Virus record (IMG/VR): IMGVR_UViG_2596583652_000001
Coordinates: 1 to 64,000 of that record
Direction: 5' to 3' (one strand)
Length of the DNA: 64,000 nt
Origin: a virus
Lineage: Duplodnaviria > Heunggongvirae > Uroviricota > Caudoviricetes
The position numbers and the translations under genes are program-made. Position 1 is the stretch's first letter. Each line of letters starts with the position of its first letter. Shown here in pieces: positions 62,638-64,000 of this stretch. Below the pieces are notes generated by a model. That model worked only from the letters and a program-made list of their open reading frames with translations, was not told the DNA's origin and searched no databases.

Positions 62638-63899
62638 TGCCGTCGATTAATTACAATGGCCTCGGCAAGCCGGCCCTCGAGCTGCCCGTCGCTGAAATGC
62701 TGCGGGGTCAGCCGGGCCTCGCTCTCGATTTCTCCAATCAGCGGCGCGCGCTCTCAACCATCCCCGGCACCGAGTATCTTGGCCCGGTGGCCGGCCTGCC
62801 GGGTCTGAGCTTCGTCCGCGCCTCGGCCGCCTCTTACATTGATGCAGCTGGTCAGATCCAGTTTGCGGCGAGCGGTCAGCCGCGCTTCGATCATGACGCG
62901 ACGACCTTGGCGCCGCTCGGCTTTTTGGCCGAGGCGGCCCGGGCGAATGCACTCGTAAATCCCACCTGGAGCGGGCCGATCATCCCGACGTCGTGGAATT
63001 CCTATGATCCTGCGGGCGTGTCGATCGTCCCGTCTAAATTCGGACCAGCCGTCTCTGCGCGCAGGTTCACGGCCGAGTCCAGTCGCCCGCGACTGCACCA
63101 GGCAGTGACCCTGTCGGCCGGCGTCACCTATACCTTCAGTATCGAGGTGGAGAGTGTAAGCGGCGGTATAGCCACCGGGCACGCGGTCAACACCTTGACA
63201 CCCGGCACGACGGTGACCTTCCCGGTATGCCCCGCGAATCCTGCGGGGGGCACGAGCGGGGCGGTAGGTGCGGGGAAGCTGGTCTACACCGTGGTGTCCG
63301 CTACAACGCAGGCGGTGTCCATTCAGATGGGCGCCGGCATCATGCACAATCTCGTCGGCATGGTTATTGATTTCTCGATGCCGCAGCTAGAAGCTGGCGG
63401 CTGGCCGACGTCTTTTATCCCAGGTGGGGCAAGGGCGGGCGAGCGGCTTTCCACGGCACTTCCCGATGGCCTCGATACCGAAGGTTTCACCTTGGCCATT
63501 CGCGGACGAGGGCCCCGCGATTATTCCCCAAGCGGAAACATGTTGGTGGCTTTCAGCCAAGGCGGCTCATTCACCAATCGGTTTCAGATCTATGGCCTGA
63601 ACGGGTCAGTTGTTCTCCAACCAAACCCGACGGCCTATCCGACGACGGGCCTTAATGTCGGTGCGGTAAGGTCTCAGGATTTCCGCCTAGTCCTCGACTG
63701 GACCCCCGGTCGCCCTTGGCGGGCTTCACTGAATGGCGGAGCTATCCTCGAGCTCGCCGGGACGCCCTTGGCGTCCGGTCTCGATACGTGGGACTTCGGC
63801 GGGCTCAACACTTTGCAATGGGGTGGAAGCATCGCGGCGCAAGCCCTTTGGCGCGGTGCGCCGTTCAGTGAGACCGAGCTCAGGGGGCTGCTGGTATGA
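62637..63899 (+). CDS. tail fiber / receptor-binding-like protein (hypothetical)
   Basis: ATG at 62637 in frame with track ORF 62103..63899. Gly/Thr/Ser-rich beta-type composition. Confidence 0.5.
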   Translation: MPSINYNGLGKPALELPVAEMLRGQPGLALDFSNQRRALSTIPGTEYLGPVAGLPGLSFVRASAASYIDAAGQIQFAASGQPRFDHDATTLAPLGFLAEAARANALVNPTWSGPIIPTSWNSYDPAGVSIVPSKFGPAVSARRFTAESSRPRLHQAVTLSAGVTYTFSIEVESVSGGIATGHAVNTLTPGTTVTFPVCPANPAGGTSGAVGAGKLVYTVVSATTQAVSIQMGAGIMHNLVGMVIDFSMPQLEAGGWPTSFIPGGARAGERLSTALPDGLDTEGFTLAIRGRGPRDYSPSGNMLVAFSQGGSFTNRFQIYGLNGSVVLQPNPTAYPTTGLNVGAVRSQDFRLVLDWTPGRPWRASLNGGAILELAGTPLASGLDTWDFGGLNTLQWGGSIAAQALWRGAPFSETELRGLLV

Positions 63900-64000
63900 T
63901 CGACCATCTCCTGCGGTATCCCGACGAGGCGACGGCCATGGCCGCGCTGCCGGCCTATGCGAGCGAGGGCATCGAGCCGGGCGTCCGGATCTGGGACATG
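63896..64000 (+). CDS. 5' end of a downstream CDS (partial)
   Basis: ATG at 63896 overlapping the upstream stop (MIDHLLRYPDEATAMAALPAYASEGIEPGVRIWDM...). Runs off the window. Confidence 0.35.
   Translation, partial: MIDHLLRYPDEATAMAALPAYASEGIEPGVRIWDM

Noticed and set aside
1-64000. Search for CRISPR arrays, tRNA/rRNA genes, integrase/recombinase and att sites
   Set aside because: No regularly spaced direct repeats with unique spacers were found. No tRNA-like cloverleaf-forming segment and no tyrosine or serine recombinase motifs were recognised by eye in any ORF of the window. Absence of tRNAs cannot be fully excluded without a tRNAscan-type search.

Overview
High-GC sequence (roughly two-thirds G+C by eye, alphaproteobacterial in style) lying entirely inside a temperate siphovirus-like phage or prophage genome. 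No integrase, attachment site, tRNA, rRNA or CRISPR array was recognised in the window. The layout, left to right, is: (1) 1-18.3 kb, a + strand operon of more than 40 mostly small, translationally coupled ORFs (ATGA, GTGA and TAAGTG stop/start overlaps). It contains a RelA/SpoT-type HD hydrolase, an RtcB RNA ligase, a lambda-type Ser/Thr phosphatase, an SPFH/band-7 protein plus a small membrane peptide, and DUF3307, DUF4314 and DUF3768-like proteins. (2) 18.3-27.5 kb, a gene-poor, repeat-rich regulatory, replication and partition region. It holds a 1.15-kb noncoding iteron-like tract, CCATGG arrays, GATTYAGCTA and CTAGCTAGATAGCTA repeat families, three tandem promoter plus small-gene cassettes, a low-GC moron, a proteasome/HslV-like hydrolase, and a minus-strand ParA/ParG partition pair with centromere-like repeats. 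(3) 26.8-33.6 kb, a P-loop kinase, a DEAD/DEAH helicase on the minus strand, two tandem ParB-like nuclease-domain proteins, an ABC-type ATPase, a DUF2829 (Tad2-like) protein, a GNAT-like protein and a wHTH protein. (4) 33.6-57.9 kb, a packaging and morphogenesis operon. It runs terS, terL, portal, scaffold, HK97-fold capsid, head-tail genes, major tail protein, a tail chaperone with a lambda-identical G GGA AAG -1 frameshift site, a 1543-aa tape measure carrying a lytic transglycosylase domain, then lambda M-L-K-I-J homologs and a further tail protein. (5) 58.0-59.8 kb, a lysis cassette with holin candidates, a SAR GH24 endolysin and overlapping Rz/Rz1-type spanins. (6) 59.8-64 kb, a 638-aa HTH plus metallophosphoesterase-like protein and collagen-repeat and fiber-like proteins. 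The most notable signals are a ~20-bp imperfect palindrome (consensus close to ATAAGTGAGCACATACTTAT) present at about 18 intergenic positions throughout the element, and three copies of a ~100-bp composite palindrome with an AT-rich core. Most long minus-strand ORFs in the six-frame track are antisense artefacts of high GC.
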